Origin: Phaeosaccion multiseriatum
Taxonomy: Eukaryota > Protista > Ochrophyta, other classes
Direction of reading: 5' to 3'
Assembly (NCBI GenBank): GCA_965112735.1
Contig: OZ218953.1
Coordinates: forward strand, 4,588,001 to 4,652,000
DNA: 64,000 bases
Part shown: piece after piece, positions 1 through 13,390 of the stretch
Numbering within the stretch: position 1 is the first letter of the stretch
Layout of the letters: each line of letters starts with the position of its first letter
Notes under the pieces: generated by a model
Seen by the model: the letters and a program-made list of their open reading frames with translations, nothing else
Told to the model about the DNA's origin: nothing
Databases searched by the model: none
Program-made: the position numbers and the translations under genes

Positions 1-141
1 GGGTGTGGTTGTGGGTGCGTGAATAAGAGGGACTCAAGGTTTGATCTAACACATACGCATGTTATGTACATGTATGTAACCGAATCGAATACACACGTAT
101 GTTATGTACTCCTCCTCCCCTCCTCCCATCGATGTGGACAG

Positions 142-893
142 ATACTGAAGAGGAAGTTGGTGGGGAGCGATCCCTCGCCCGGGGAGAGGTACGGCCGTCA
201 GCGCTCCAGGACCGTGACGAGGACCACAAGCCCCGAGTGGGAGCAGCAGGTAGAGTAGGAGGGTGTACCTAACCGAACCTTCCCTATCCGAACCTTACCC
301 ATTCTGAATCGTAGAGTACCAAACCGAAGCTTCCCGAACCTAACCTAACCTTTTTATCAATCGCAACGATCGATTGATCGAATCTCAACGAACACTTGCG
401 TGCGCTCAGCTGAATGGGGATACTTTGCTTTGCGCTTGATTGAGCACGCACGGCGGAGAGCAAGAGAGCAGGCAGGTGGCCATCCGGTCAGGTCGTCGCC
501 AGCCCTTCTCACCCCCTCCTCCTGCTTCCTCTTTTCCCTCCCCAACTCTACTCTACTGCCATCCATCTGTATGTCTACCTCCACACTATCCACTACTATC
601 CACTACCCGCCTCCGTCCAGATCGAAATGTACCTGGAGGGCGGTTACGTTAACCCCGGGGGTGAGTACCGCCACCGAAAGGCTCCCTGGAGCTCTCTACT
701 ACTCGAGGTGTACGATTGGCACTTCGGCATGGGAGACTCCTTCCTTGGGCAGGTACGGGCATACGGGCACACAGGGGTGAAGGATTCAATACGGGCCTAA
801 GAGATGAACTTGAACACTTCACCCGCCCAGCCGTCCTCCCCGCCCGCCCTCTCTGCTTGAGGCCTTGCTTCCTGCGGCTCTCGCTCTCCCTCT

Positions 894-970
<77 letters not shown>

Positions 971-1709
971 CTCTCTCCCTCTCTCTCTCCCCCCTCTCTC
1001 TCTCGCCCCTCTGCCATCCGCCTTGGGTCACTGTTGGCACTGTCTCCGTCTCGTGTGGACTGCCTCTCTCCCCCCCCTCTCCCTCCGCTCACACACCTCT
1101 CCCTCCCTCTCTCCTTCCCTCTCTCTCCCCCCCCCTGTCTCTCTGTTTCTCTCTCCCTCTCTCTTTCCCTCCCCCCCCTCTCCCTCCCTCCCTCCCTCCA
1201 CCCTCCGCCTGTCGTCTTGTCCCCGTATCATGTGGACTACCCCCGCCTACCCCACTCCCTCCCTCTCTCCCTCCACCCTCCACCCTCTCCTCCTCTCTCT
1301 CCACCCTCCCCACTCCCTCCTTTCCCTCTCCCCCTCCACACTTTACCCTCTCTCTCTCTATCTCTATCTGTCTATATCTCTCTCTTCCTTCACCCTCCCC
1401 ACTCCCTCCTCTCTCTCCCTCCACCCTCTCTCTCCACCCTCCCCCCTCCCTCCATTCTCTCCCTCCACCCTCCACCCTCTCTCTCTCTCTCCACCCTCCC
1501 CACTCCCTCCTCTCTCTCCCTTCCTCCACACTCCACGCTCCGCCCCCCCCCCCCCCCTTTTCTCACGTGTACAGGTGCAGGTACCCCTGACCCCCCTCAT
1601 GCATGGTCTCACTCACGAGGGCGAATACTCTCTGCAAGACCCTGACGGAAGGTGCCCCCCCGGAAGGGCTTGCGCTGGCACCCTTCATCTCAGGCTCAAA
1701 GTCTGCTAA
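142..1709 (+). CDS. 3' end of a C2-domain protein (exons 142-249, 621-752, 1575-1709; 5' part lies outside the window)
   Basis: Spliced in frame with GT-AG introns it reads ...QRSRTVTRTTSPEWEQQ|IEMYLEGG...SLLLEVYDWHFGMGDSFLGQ|VQVPLTPLM...GTLHLRLKVC*. This matches the C2 pattern (T..P.W.E, L.VYD.D....D.FLG.V, G.L.L.L). Confidence 0.75.
895..1560. repeat. (CT)n microsatellite and polypyrimidine low-complexity intron
   Basis: Long pure CT run at ~895-966 followed by C/T-rich degenerate repeats, inside the intron 753-1574. Confidence 0.9.
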
Positions 1710-2556
1710 TGGTAAGGTCAAAAAGGCTAAGCCAAGGCTTAAGCTAACAAAGCTACTTCGCAAGCGAAACCTCCTCGTAAGGAGGAATGAGGCTATCACC
1801 CCATCACCTCAGGCTCAAAGCGTGCTGAGCGAAGGTCCCAAGGTGCTAAGGGAATGAGGTTGCATGTGAATCCAGTCAATTTAAACGGAGCGGCGTCTCC
1901 GTCTCTGACTGAGGCCGTGGTGCCATTTGGTGCCATGGTGTAGTAGAGTAAGCAAGTGTTAATATATATACGTATGTAAGTATCCGGGATGAAGATGGAT
2001 GTGGAGTCTGTCGTATTTTAGAGGGCCCCTCTCGCTTCGATGGATCCATTGAGGGCCTTCATCCCTCTCTCTCCCATGGACGGATCAAGGCATCGAGGTC
2101 ATTCCTCGTGTGGTATAACTTGTCATCGAGGTCATTCCTCGTGTGGTATGACTTGTCCTCTTCCCACGACGACGCTCTGCTAAGTAAGGAATGTCAGGGG
2201 GCAAGTTTGTCTTCCTCCACCTCTTCCTTCCCCTCCACCTCCTCTCCACCTCCACCTCCTCCTTCCACCACCACCCCCTCCTCCTCCCCGTCCTTCTCCT
2301 TCTCCTTTCCTCCTCCTCCTGACTCGAACCTCATAACTCCCTTTCGCCATTCCTCGGGGCGGGGCAGGGCTTGGGGGGGGGAGGTGGCACCATCGAGGGA
2401 GAGCTCTTTGGAAAGTCGTACGTAAACAGAGTAGTAGTGAGTCGAAAAGTCGGTCTAGTGGCGTGGCGTGGCGTGGCGTGAGGGCCGGCGAATCTCTCAT
2501 CGTCCATCTTCGTCCCCATGTCACTGGCCCCGCCCGCCCGCCTCATCCTCACTGCC

Positions 2557-4996
2557 TTACTGCAGCTCAATACCTTTCAAGTCAAGGACGTCTGAGTCTG
2601 TCCCTCCCCCCCCCTCCTCCCCTGCCGCTCCTATCGGTGCGGCTGCCGCTGCTGCCGCTGCCAACGCCGCTAACGCATCTGTAGAGGCGGGGGGGCTCTT
2701 GCTACCACTACCCTCCTCCTCCGAGACGCTTGCCGCGCCTCCTCCTCCTTCTGACTCGTCGTCCTCGTCCTCCTCCTCGTCGCCGTCTTGATCGTCGTCG
2801 TCCCCACCCCCCCCGCTCTCTGATCCGATGGACTTCTTTCTCCTGCCGAAGGGAGGGTAGGCGACGAGTTTGTGTCGGCGTGACTTGGTAAGCTTGCTAG
2901 AGAGTGGATTTCTTTGAAACTCACAATCATACAAAACTGCCTTCAGCCGAACCCCTCGTACCTGCTTCGCGCGCAGTATTTGCATTTGTGCCTCCCGTCC
3001 CTCCCCTATTCAGTCCCTCACTCCCTCACTCACTTCTTCTTTTTCTTCTTCTTCCTCTTCTTCTTCTTGCCTCCCGAAGAAGACACGTCCTCCGGCCACG
3101 GCAGCTCTCCTTCAAAGCCCAGACTTCGAGCATAGTCACTGCCGTGCTCGATGCCCGCCCCTTCCTCCTCCCCCACCCCGGGTAGCGGCGGCCCTGTGGA
3201 CTCATCCATACCCAAGTAGCGAGACGCTCGAGGCACTTCAAAGCCCAAGCCCTTGGCTTGCTCCTTGGTGGTCACCTCCTTCAGCAGTGGGAGGAACCTT
3301 CGCCACGCGTCGTGACTCTGTGGGGGAAGGGCGGCACATACGGGCCGGGGAGGGGCGGGTTGGGGGTGGAGAGGCAGACAGACAAGTAGGAAGCAACAAG
3401 GGGAGAGAAAAGAGCTCAGAAAGAGTGGTTACGCCAGCTTCGCAGCAGAGAAGGGAAGAATGCCACGGCAAGAGGCGCATCACCATCACAGCACCATCAC
3501 AGCACGGGAGGGGGGGGGGCAAAGGGGTAAACCTCGTCTCGAGCAAGGCGGCTTGCTTGCAGGCTCAATCAGCGCACAGAGTGAGCTGAGTCTTGACTTC
3601 GCTTCGGACATGTACCGCACACATACGCACGCATGCACGCACGCACAGACGTACACACACGCACCTGTAAAAAGGTTCTCAACCACGAGGAAGGCGGCAA
3701 GGAGACTGCCTGCAGACGAATGGCGTTGCACAGCTGCAGCACAAAGCCCTTGTTGATCCTGTCGTCTCCACTGCTGCTGCTGCTGCTGCTGCTCTCCTCG
3801 CCACTCTTGCTCTTACTCCCGCTCTTGTCCGCTGCCTCCTGCTTATCCTCCTCTAGTCCCCTCTGATACGCGCTGGCCAACCCACCCACGAGCTTGTTCC
3901 TCTGCATCACCTGGTGGTAGGGCGGCAGTGAGAGAGGGGGGGAGGGGTCAGCACGATGTGAGGGGGGGGAAGGGTCTGGCCAGGCACGGCCCCTACTTTT
4001 GCGGGAGTGGTAACAAGCTTCACCAACTTAGAGCCCCACGTGCGACCCTTCGGGAAGTATAGAGCTTGGATCCAAGGGCCTTTGGAAGCAATGGATCCAA
4101 GGGTCGCACGAGGATCTCTAAGTTGATGGAGCTACACGAGAAGCAGTGGGGACAGCAGGCCAAATGTGCCCCAAAAGTGGGGTACTGACTCCCAAGTCTA
4201 TTGGCCCCAAACAGCCGGAACAGTTGGGGCCAGGAGCGGATGAAAGGGGCGCCGGGGACATGTGAAGAGACAGAGAGGGGGAGATGCAGGCAGGCAGATC
4301 TGGGTGGCGCTTTACTCTTTATCCGCCCCTTGACTATCTTGTCTGCACCAGGCGTAAACGTGCGGACGCGCGGCCTCTCCTTTCCTCCGTACCTCCTCTC
4401 TCCCTCTCGCCCTCTCTCCCTCTCTCCCTCCTCCCTCCGTCCGTCCCTCCCTCCCTACTCCCTTCCTTCCTTCCCTCCCTCCCTCCCTCCGTCCCAGCTA
4501 CCTCCTCCCTCCCTCACTCCCTCCCCCCCCCTTCCCACGTACCTCCCATCTCCCTCTCCTCCCTCCGTCCGTCCGTCCCTCCCTCCCTCCCTCCGTCCCT
4601 ACTCCCTCCCTCCCTCCGTCCCTCCTTCCCTCCTTCCCTCTCCCCCTCCCTCCCTCCTCCCTCCATCCGCCCCCCCCCCCCTCCCTCCGTACCTCCTATC
4701 TCCCTCTCTTCCCTCCCTCCGTCCCTACTAGCTCCCTCCCTCCTTCCTTCCTTCCTTCCTTCCTTCCTTCCCCCCGTCCTCCCTCCATCCCTCCCCCTCC
4801 CTCCCTCCGTCCGTACCTGCTGCAGGACCCCCTCGTTGTTGGAGCGCAAGGCCTGGAGGAGGAGCTTGTAAAACACGCCAAGGAACAAGTCGTTGTGCGA
4901 GTAGGCAAAGAACCACCCGCACAGCACCCTCCATAGCTCGGGGGGGAGGAGGTCCAGCTGAACAACACCAACAACACCAACAACACAACCACCACC

Positions 4997-5027
<31 letters not shown>

Positions 5028-5916
5028 GCAGCAGTAGCCAGACACGTATCGCGTCGCAGGAAAGGGAAGGGGGCATGAGCACGCAGCAGAGAGGAGGGGC
5101 AATATGATAGTAGCAAGAGATGGAGAGAAAGGGGAGTGGGGCGCGTCAATCAGTCAGTCGGTCAGTCAGTATCGATCACCCGTGCATGTGCCTTGCTTCT
5201 CTCCCTCACTACATGATGGGCTCTGTATACAAATGACTCATCACAAAGGACTCACCATCTTGGGTTCTCTATTGACCACCTCCACGATGATGCTGCACAT
5301 GACGTAGCGCCGCAGAGAGAAGGGCTCCTGCACCACATAGCCAGGGTGTGGCACGGCCTGACTCACGTACTGCTCCAGCCCACCTCCACCACCCCCTCCT
5401 CCTCCTCCACCACCACCACCACCACCACCACCACTACCACCACCACCACCACCACTACCACCACCACTACCTGTCTCCTCGCCGTCCGGTGCACCCGTCT
5501 TGCCGTCTGTCTCACTACCTACCCCTTTGCCTGTTTGTGTTGCTCCTGCTGCTGCTCCTCCTGTGTCTGGTTGTACTCCTTCTGTCGGTGGTTGTGTCTC
5601 ATTCCCTCCTCCTGCTGCTGCTGCTCCTGCTGCCCCTCCAACTCCTGACGCCTCCGGGTCTGACGTTGCCTCTCTCACGATGCAAGCGCACAGATCCGGC
5701 AGCTGCCCCTGCAACCGCTCGTGCAGTAAATCTCGCACCGAGTTGAGCCGATTGGACACCGTAGGCGGCTGGGCTGGGGCTGCGCTCATCTGTCGGGGAT
5801 TGGCGCACACAACCTGCTCGTCTACCGCTCGTTGCGTGACGCCAAGCAGACAATGAGCGGCGTCTGTACGCCGCCCGACGGACGCCTCAGGGTCCATCTG
5901 TACGCACATACACATG

Positions 5917-5948
<32 letters not shown>

Positions 5949-8928
5949 CAAGAGGGGGAAGACAGGGCGATGGAGTTGGTGAGCTTCTACTTGGAGCAAG
6001 CCCGGAGGAGTGCTCGGCTTGCTTGCCCCTCTCAAAGCACGCCCAGCAGCCAAGGGGAAAATAAAGCATGCCCAACGGCTCAACTGTCAAGGAAGGAGTA
6101 CGTGCGTGTGGGTGCGCGCGTGTGTCTGTGTGTGTGTGTGCGTGCGTACTGAGCCCACGTCCGTCGTTGTGGATGACATGACGCCCTCCCTCCCCTCCCC
6201 CCCCTTCTCCCTTACCATCAGCTTGGCGAGCCCATCCACCAGCTCTGGACAGTGTCCTATCGGCTGCAGGAGAAGCTCTCCATTGTCGTCCGCTGACAGC
6301 CGCCCCACAAGCTCCAGGAACATCTCGCCACAGCTGCTGGCGTGCTCATCTGTGGCTGTGCGATCGCAAATCTCCGACGTGAGCAGCAGCAAAAAGCGCC
6401 ACTCCGACAGGCCGCTGTACAGCTTCCATTTACTTGGGGGCACTGTTTTGATATACACATTGGGTGTGAAGGGGGGGTTCGTGGGAGGGGAGGGGGACGT
6501 TGGTGAAGTCAGTCGAAGTCTGAGTCAAAGCAACAAGGAAGGCAACTGTACGAAGAGAGGCGCTCCTTCAGTGCAGCAGATGGCAGCACATGGAGAGATA
6601 CGATGGCAGAGAGAGACTATGGGGCACAGATTCATAGCAGAGAGAGTTTCTTGGGCACCTCATGACATGGATGAGGCAAGACAGACAGACAGACAGACAG
6701 GCAGGCAGGTGACTGTTCACAAACAGCTGACACCAAAAAATAAAAACTGAGACTGCGGTACTACCCGCGTACTAGTACCTGAAGGGAAGGTGAGAAGCTT
6801 GACCATGGTTTCCGCCACGGGGGGGTGCGACACCCACCGCAGCATAGGCCCCAAGTGACGCTCCAGGCTCTTGCGATTCCTCCCCAGCGTCTCAAACACG
6901 TGGTCGGAGTGGAAGCGCAGGAGGTAGTCCAGCACTCGACAGGCGTGGTGGAAAGAGCCCCTGCTGCCCTGCCAAAAGACCTGTGGGGTGGGGGGGAGAG
7001 GGAGAGGGAGAGAGAGAAGGATGGAGAGGAGTGGGCGGTCACTGCGGATGCGGATACTCTTGCTGTGAGCACGAGATGAACGAGGCTACAGACAAAACCA
7101 GTGCGCTGAACCTGGCTAGGTCCAGCTGGCTGACATTAAGCTACGAGACAAGACAAGGCGTATATACGTGCTCTTCCGAAGTGACAAGAAGTGCTTGCTC
7201 GAGGTCCCTGCCCTGCCTTGCCCTTGCCCCCCCCCCCCCCCTTCCGAGCAAGCCTCACAAGCCGCGCCTCTGTCTCTGCCTCTGCCCCCTCCCTACCTTG
7301 AACATGGACTGCACGATGCTGTGTGCCTTCTTGCCCAGGAAGGCCAGCAACGTCTCCGTTGGCTCGTTGCACGTCAACATCATTGTGGCCCTGAGGTGAC
7401 GCGCGACAACACGGGCGCACAGAGAAGAGAAGAGAAGAGGGGGACCAGTTTCTCAAGGAATGCACGTGCGTATGCTCACTCGCGTAGAGGGGATGCATGA
7501 TCAAAGCAAAAAGAGGGCATGGGGCTGCGGAGCTCGGGCTCGCGACAGGGGGCTTCAGGTACATCACTTCAGTCCACCTTTTCTACTCGGGCAGCTGACA
7601 CTAAGCTTGTGTCACACCACACCACACCACACCACACCACACCACATGGTCAAAGGAGAAGTGTGTGGAAGTCGCTTGCGAAAAGGGGTAAAGGTTGTCC
7701 TGCTCCGGCAGCTGACACAAGAGATTTTTTACACCACTCCACCCCAATTTCACACGCCCCAACCTCGCGCGCCCTGTGCCTGACCTGTAGGACAAGGTGA
7801 GCTCCGGCGTAACGCCATCTCCGGGCTCTGGGCGGTCATGCAGCTCTCCCACAAAGTCGGGGGGGTCTATTCGGTCCACGTCCTCCTCTCGGATCTGGGA
7901 GATGAAGGAAATGAAGAGCTCGCACACTGAATCCTGCAGCAAAAAGTCCACCATCTGGGCGCGGAGGAGGCAGACCATGGAGACACGAGAGCGAGAGAGA
8001 GAAAAGGAGAAAGGAGAGAGACAGAGACAAAACAGAAGAAGAGAAAGCTCAGTGACCCTTGCTCCAAGGAAAAAGGGGACGGCGTGGTGGTGTGTTGTTG
8101 CCGCCTGTCCAGCCTCCATTCCTCTCTCCCTCCCTCCCTCCCCCACGCCCTCGAGAGACACACACAGAGCAATGCCTCATCACCTTGTCAGTGATGACTG
8201 GGTTTTCTAAGTCCAGCATCTGCCGCATGAGGTTCTTGTCGCGCATCCTCTTCCACGCCTCGTCCGAAATGCTGTCTGGTCGCACCAATGCCCGCTGCTC
8301 CAGAGGGCGTGGGTGGGGGGAGCAAGAAACAGATGTAGTGGCAGGCAAAGAGAGCAACGTAAGGAGCCCTGGCTTGCCATGAAAAGCCGTGCAGCTAAAC
8401 AAATCTCACCTTTACGACTCGTTTTGGGGTGTCGTCGTACTCGTCAAAGTCGTCGTCATCATCAGAGTCTCCCTCCTCGTCAGCGTCCCCGTCTTCCTCC
8501 CCCTCTTCTATTGATTGTCCCTCCCCAGGGAAGTCACTGTCCTCCATTGGGGGCACCTGTTCTCCTTCTTTTCCGTTTGCTGCTGCAGCTGCTGCGGCCG
8601 CTGGTGCCGGTGCCGGTGCCGGCGGTGGCGCTGGCCTTGTCGATGCTCGTAGTGCGGCTGCCATCATCGCGGCCGCCACCTTGGCCTCGTCAACCTCTCT
8701 TTTTGCCCCACCACGACCATCCTCATCCTCGTCCTCGTCCTCGTCCTCGTCCTCCTCCTCCTCCTCTTCCTCCTCTTCTTCGTCTGCCTCGTCGCCGCCC
8801 TCCAAGCTCAGCTGCTCTCGCATACGCTGGGGTAGGTCATAATCTATACTATCATTCCCGTTGCTTCTACTGCTACTGCCACTGCTGGTGGTGATGCCAC
8901 CACTGCCAGCTCGAGGTGGAGAAGCCAT
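2557..8928 (-). CDS. Multi-exon helical-repeat protein, probably SAPS / SIT4-PP6 phosphatase-associated regulatory subunit-like
   Basis: ATG at 8928 (MASPPRAG, acidic N-terminus). Spliced segments: LENPVITDK|MVDFLLQDSVCELFISFI, LDYLLRFHSDHVFE...HPPVAETMVKLL, LWRVLCGWFFAYSHNDLFLGVFYKLL, NKGFVLQLCNAIRLQ...|SHDAWRRFLPLL. The last intron (GTGAGT donor at ~3032, acceptor at 2897) joins in frame to the acidic final exon 2557-2896. Family assigned from remembered motif resemblance only. Confidence 0.6.
4016..4133. mobile_element. Small foldback / MITE-like element in an intron (35-bp imperfect inverted repeats)
   Basis: Left arm AGCTTCACCAACTTAGAGCCCCACGTGCGACCCTT; reverse complement of right arm AGCTCCATCAACTTAGAGATCCTCGTGCGACCCTT; internal TGGATCCAAGGG occurs twice. 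Confidence 0.5.
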
Positions 8929-9595
8929 CAGATGATTACCTTATTCCTCCTCTCCTCGCCTCCCTTCTCCTCGCCTCGCTTTCCCCTAAACTCCTGTCGC
9001 TACTTGCAGCTCACTCCTCCCCTCACCGCTCCTCCTCCCCCTTCTCCTCTCCTTTGGAATTTTTCCCTTCGTCCCTCCTTCCCCACTGCCCCTGGCCGAG
9101 ACGACTGGAACTCAATTTCACAGGCCACAACAATACCAGGAAAATGGAATTAGCGCCTGTCTTCCGCGCGAAAAGCGCCCTGGCGCGGCAAGCATGAAGA
9201 TGGGCATCCACTTTTCTTCCACCCTCAAATCGTCATTGTTTCCTTCTTTGCCCTCAACAGCTTTCTTCATACTTACCTGGACCCACTGGGATGATGATCA
9301 ACGAGGTCATTCCGTGCATTGCGCGCAGCTCCTGCACGTCTGGTTTCGGCCAGCAGAGTGATGTAAACTTTGCGGATATCGTTTCGGCGATACTCCGGGT
9401 CATAATTTTTTGATTGAGGGTTGTGAGCTTGCTCCGACCCCGCCCTTCCCCCCCAACCCCATCCCAACTCCCTTCTCCCCCACACCAAAACCCACTCTTC
9501 CATCTTCCATGCTCACGGATGATGTGTATTGGAGACGTTGCTGCCGTAGCTACTGCCTCTCCTCACCGTCCTCCTCACTACTGGGCTCTCCTACC

Positions 9596-9626
<31 letters not shown>

Positions 9627-9657
9627 GTGTGCTACGCGTCGTCCTTCCTAAACGCTC

Positions 9658-9721
9658 TCGGCCCTGGACTTGATTTTGGTGTGCGCTGACCATAATCAGT
9701 GTCGTGTTAAACAGGGGGCGA
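9658..9721. mobile_element. Degenerate relic related to the MITE at 10588
   Basis: Begins TCGGCCCTGGAC (same as the MITE TIR) and contains GTGTGCGCTGACCATAATCAGT, similar to GTGTGCGCCGGCCATAATCAGT at ~10612. Confidence 0.45.
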
Positions 9722-10587
9722 AACAGTCAATCACGCCGGGGTTAGGGTTCTCACAATCGCTGCACCAGCCTACGGCTATCTCCCTTCTGGGATCCAATGG
9801 CGAACTTGCACGGGTTGTGGGAAAGCGTCTTAGTAGCGAAATAGAGTATGAAAGGAGGGAAGGGGAATTAGCGACAAATAGAGATCGATATCCAGTATCG
9901 ACATCGATTTATCTCAACACTCACTGAACCTCCACCTCGCTGCCATACATCACTGGCACACTCCTCCCCTGTTAGCGCATGCCTTTCACGCCAAGCACCC
10001 CAATGAAGGAACTTTTCTTCTCCCCCAGTGGCCTGGATTCTGGAAAAGTACCCCGCCTAGTAGGAGCCTCGAGAGACCCACATACTCTTTGACCTGACTG
10101 GCCCACTCCTTGACTGGCCTACTCATTCACTGGGGCACTCACTCACGTACTCTCTCACACATGCCCTCTCGCACATACTCACCCTCACCCACGCACGCAC
10201 ACTCACCCACTCACCCACTCACTGACTCGTGCACTCGCACACTCGCGCACTCGGGTACTCGCGCACCCACACACCCACGCACCACTCACTCACTCACACA
10301 CTCACTTACCCACTTACTCAGTCACCCACTCACCTTTTCACTTTTCACCTACCCCACCCACTCACCCACCCACCCACTCACCCACTCACTCACTGCCTTT
10401 CTCCATCCCTCACTCCCTCCGTCCGTCTCTCGCTCCCTCAACGCGAAAGTTTTTCTCTGTCTCAGCCCCTCCCTCGCCGCACATGGCGCTCACGCAAGAG
10501 CGGCGCTTGACTTGCACAACAAGTGGAGGGCAGGACGAGGCAAGGGCACCATTTTTTTCTTTTAATTTTTATTTTTTATAATTATAA

Positions 10588-10844
10588 TCGGCCCTCCTGG
10601 ACAAGGTTACAGTGTGCGCCGGCCATAATCAGTAATCAGGCCGGCTGGCGCCAATAATCAGTAATCAGGCCGGCTGGTGCCGGTGATAATCAGTAATCAG
10701 ACCCGGCTGGCGCCGGCCATAATCAGTAATCAGGCCCGGCTGGCGCCATAATCAGTAATCAGGCCGGCTGGCGCGGCTGTAATCAGTAATCAGGCCGGCT
10801 GCGCCGGCCTTATTAATTATTCAGATAACCTTGTCCAGGGCCGA
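10588..10844. mobile_element. MITE (257 bp) with ~19-22 bp TIRs, 6-bp TSD TTATAA and internal tandem repeats
   Basis: Left TCGGCCCTCCTGGACAAGGTTA; right reverse complement TCGGCCCTGGACAAGGTTA; TTATAA on both sides; about six units of ATAATCAGTAATCAG-GCCGGCTGGCGCC. Confidence 0.8.
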
Positions 10845-11209
10845 TTATAAATTCATTACGATACAGTACAGTAGTTGAAGCAAGCAAAGATGTGCTCTGT
10901 GTACACCCAGAACACACAAAAGACGTCCGTGACGCCCACCGGTCGAAAAGTGCTCAATAATAACCAAACACTATTAAAAAAAATATATATATATATCATC
11001 GTTCAAAAATGCTCATTCGTCTCTGCACTGAGTGCGATCCACTGTTCGTAACGCAGGCACGGCCTGGACACATCTCGCTCCTTCCCTCCCTCCTCTCGCC
11101 GCCTTGCTCCTTCCCTCCTCTCCCTCTTGCGAAGCCAATCCCCACCACTTCTCTACCAGCCAAAAACATGGAAGCTCCCCTCCCCCTCTGCCGAACCCGT
11201 CATAGTTCG

Positions 11210-12200
11210 TTATAGGGTGTAGTCAATGAGCGTATCGGCCGTGGCCTGCTTGTGCATCACCTTGGCAAGGTCGAGCAGCATGGCCTTGAATCGCTGCTTC
11301 GGGCCACTGACGAGCTTGAAACACGCTGCCATGACTCGGGCCTTGTCCTCCTCCCCGAGCTTCTCTCCCCCGAGGTCCTCGTCCTGCAGGGCGGCGAAGA
11401 GCCACTGCTGCGAAACGTTCTCCGGGAAGGCGATGATCAGCGCGGACAGGCAGTCTATCATCGAGGAGATGAGAGAGGGAGGAGCAAGGAGGGTGTTTGC
11501 GTGTGAGTCTGAGTCCAAGCGGGATGGGGAAACGAACAACAGGCTCGCACACGCAAGGGGACAGGCGCTCGCTCGCTCACTCACTCACTCACTCCTTCAC
11601 TCATACTCACTCACGCACTCACTAACCCAATAACTCCCTCACTCCCACACTCTCTCACAGGATAGATGCAATCAACAAGAGACAAGTGGGCAAGAAACAT
11701 TGAGCAGACGTGCACGCACACACGAACGCACGTACCAGCAATGTTGGGCCAAAGCAGCGACGGTGCGTTTCCGGCCAAGGCGAGGAGCAACAAGTGACAG
11801 AGCAGTCCTCCGTGCGGCGCCAGAACCCTCTCCACCTCCGCCTGGCAGTCGAGCTTGCCGTTACAGCGGCCCGCCAGCTGCGAGACAAACCTCAGCACCG
11901 TCCTGCTGCTCTCCTTCTCGAGGCACTCCTTGCGTAGGCAGGCACAAACGAGCTGCAGCTCCGTGCCGATCTCGTGAGAGCCCAACAGCGCGCCTGTTTG
12001 GGGTTGAGCGTTGAGCGAGAGCCATTGGGGCGACGGGGGGTTAGGGATGCAGTAGCCGTAGTGGCAGTAGTAGTAGTAGTCGTAGTAGTAGTTGTTGTAG
12101 TAGTAGTAGCAGCAGTAGTAGTAGTAGTCGTAGTAGTAGTTGTTGTAGTAGTAGTAGCAGCAGTAGTAGTAGTAGCAGCAGCAGTAGTAGTAGCAGTGCC

Positions 12201-12258
<58 letters not shown>

Positions 12259-13357
12259 CGTAGAATTGGAAGAGTAGTAGAAGCAGTAGCAGCATAACGG
12301 TGGGGAGGAGAAGGAGGGCACAGGTGCACGGGGAGGAGAGGAAGAGGGTAAGGTAACAAAAGCAAGCTGAGGTACTGTCGAGCGAGGGGAAAAGCAAGGC
12401 AACGCAAGACGTGTGTAGGGACTCCCAAAAAGAAGGTACGGTACGGCCAGCTTGTACCAGGCATTCGAGCGCAACGGTCGTCTCCCTTGCATACAGTTAC
12501 TCACTCAATCACGCACCCACTCACTCACTCACTTACTCACGCACTCACTCACCCGGACAAAAGAGCAGGAAGCGGTAGGCAAGGTCGAAGAAGGCGGCCA
12601 TGAGGTCGGGGCGGTCTGCGGGGGATATACTCTCCCTTTGCATCACCTCAAAGGTGCTCTGACACACGTGACTCTGCAGACTGCGGCACGCTGCGAGCGC
12701 ATCCTCCCCGGTGTTGGCTGAGGGAGGACGAGCGCGAGCGTGAAGGTGAGGAGGGGGGCAGGGTTAGGGCAGCGGCAGGCAGGGAACACAGGACAAACAC
12801 GGAGGACGGAAGATGAGTTTATCGGTACGTCCCACATATATGCCCATTCATGCGCCCACTCATATGCCCCCCCATGCCCACTCGTACACCCACTCATGCC
12901 CACTCATACACACACTTTGTGCCCACTCACGCGCACTTATGCCCACTTCTATACCCACTCATGTTCACGCATGCCCCACTCACATGACGCCCCATTCACA
13001 TGACGCCCACTCACATGACGCCCCCTACTCATCTGCCCACTCATACGCCCCTTCTATATCCAATCCTGTCAACTCATGCCCACTCATTACACACACTATA
13101 TGCCCACTCACCGTACGTCTCGACAGCGTCTGCCATGCACGCGAGGCAGCACGGGTAGTGAAAGGCGTCGTAACACTCCGTCATCATGCTGAGCAGCGTG
13201 GTCAGAGGCACCTGAGAGAGAGCCCAGCAACACCCAAGCAACACCCCCATTCCATCCAGTCCGAGAGCGCGAGCAAAGGGCCGCACCACGAGTAAGATTG
13301 AGCAGCAGCAGAAGGGCCATACCGCAGGCCAATAAGCCAACAAGCAAGCGTGAAGAG

Positions 13358-13390
<33 letters not shown>

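Noticed and set aside
3030-3034. TGA after the poly-Lys tract as the stop of the SAPS-like gene
   Set aside because: It overlaps a consensus GTGAGT donor that splices in frame to the acidic exon 2557-2896; retained only as a possible alternative.
10620-10810. Regular ~32-bp repeats as CRISPR or iterons
   Set aside because: No variable spacers; bounded by TIRs and a TSD, so better explained as a MITE interior.
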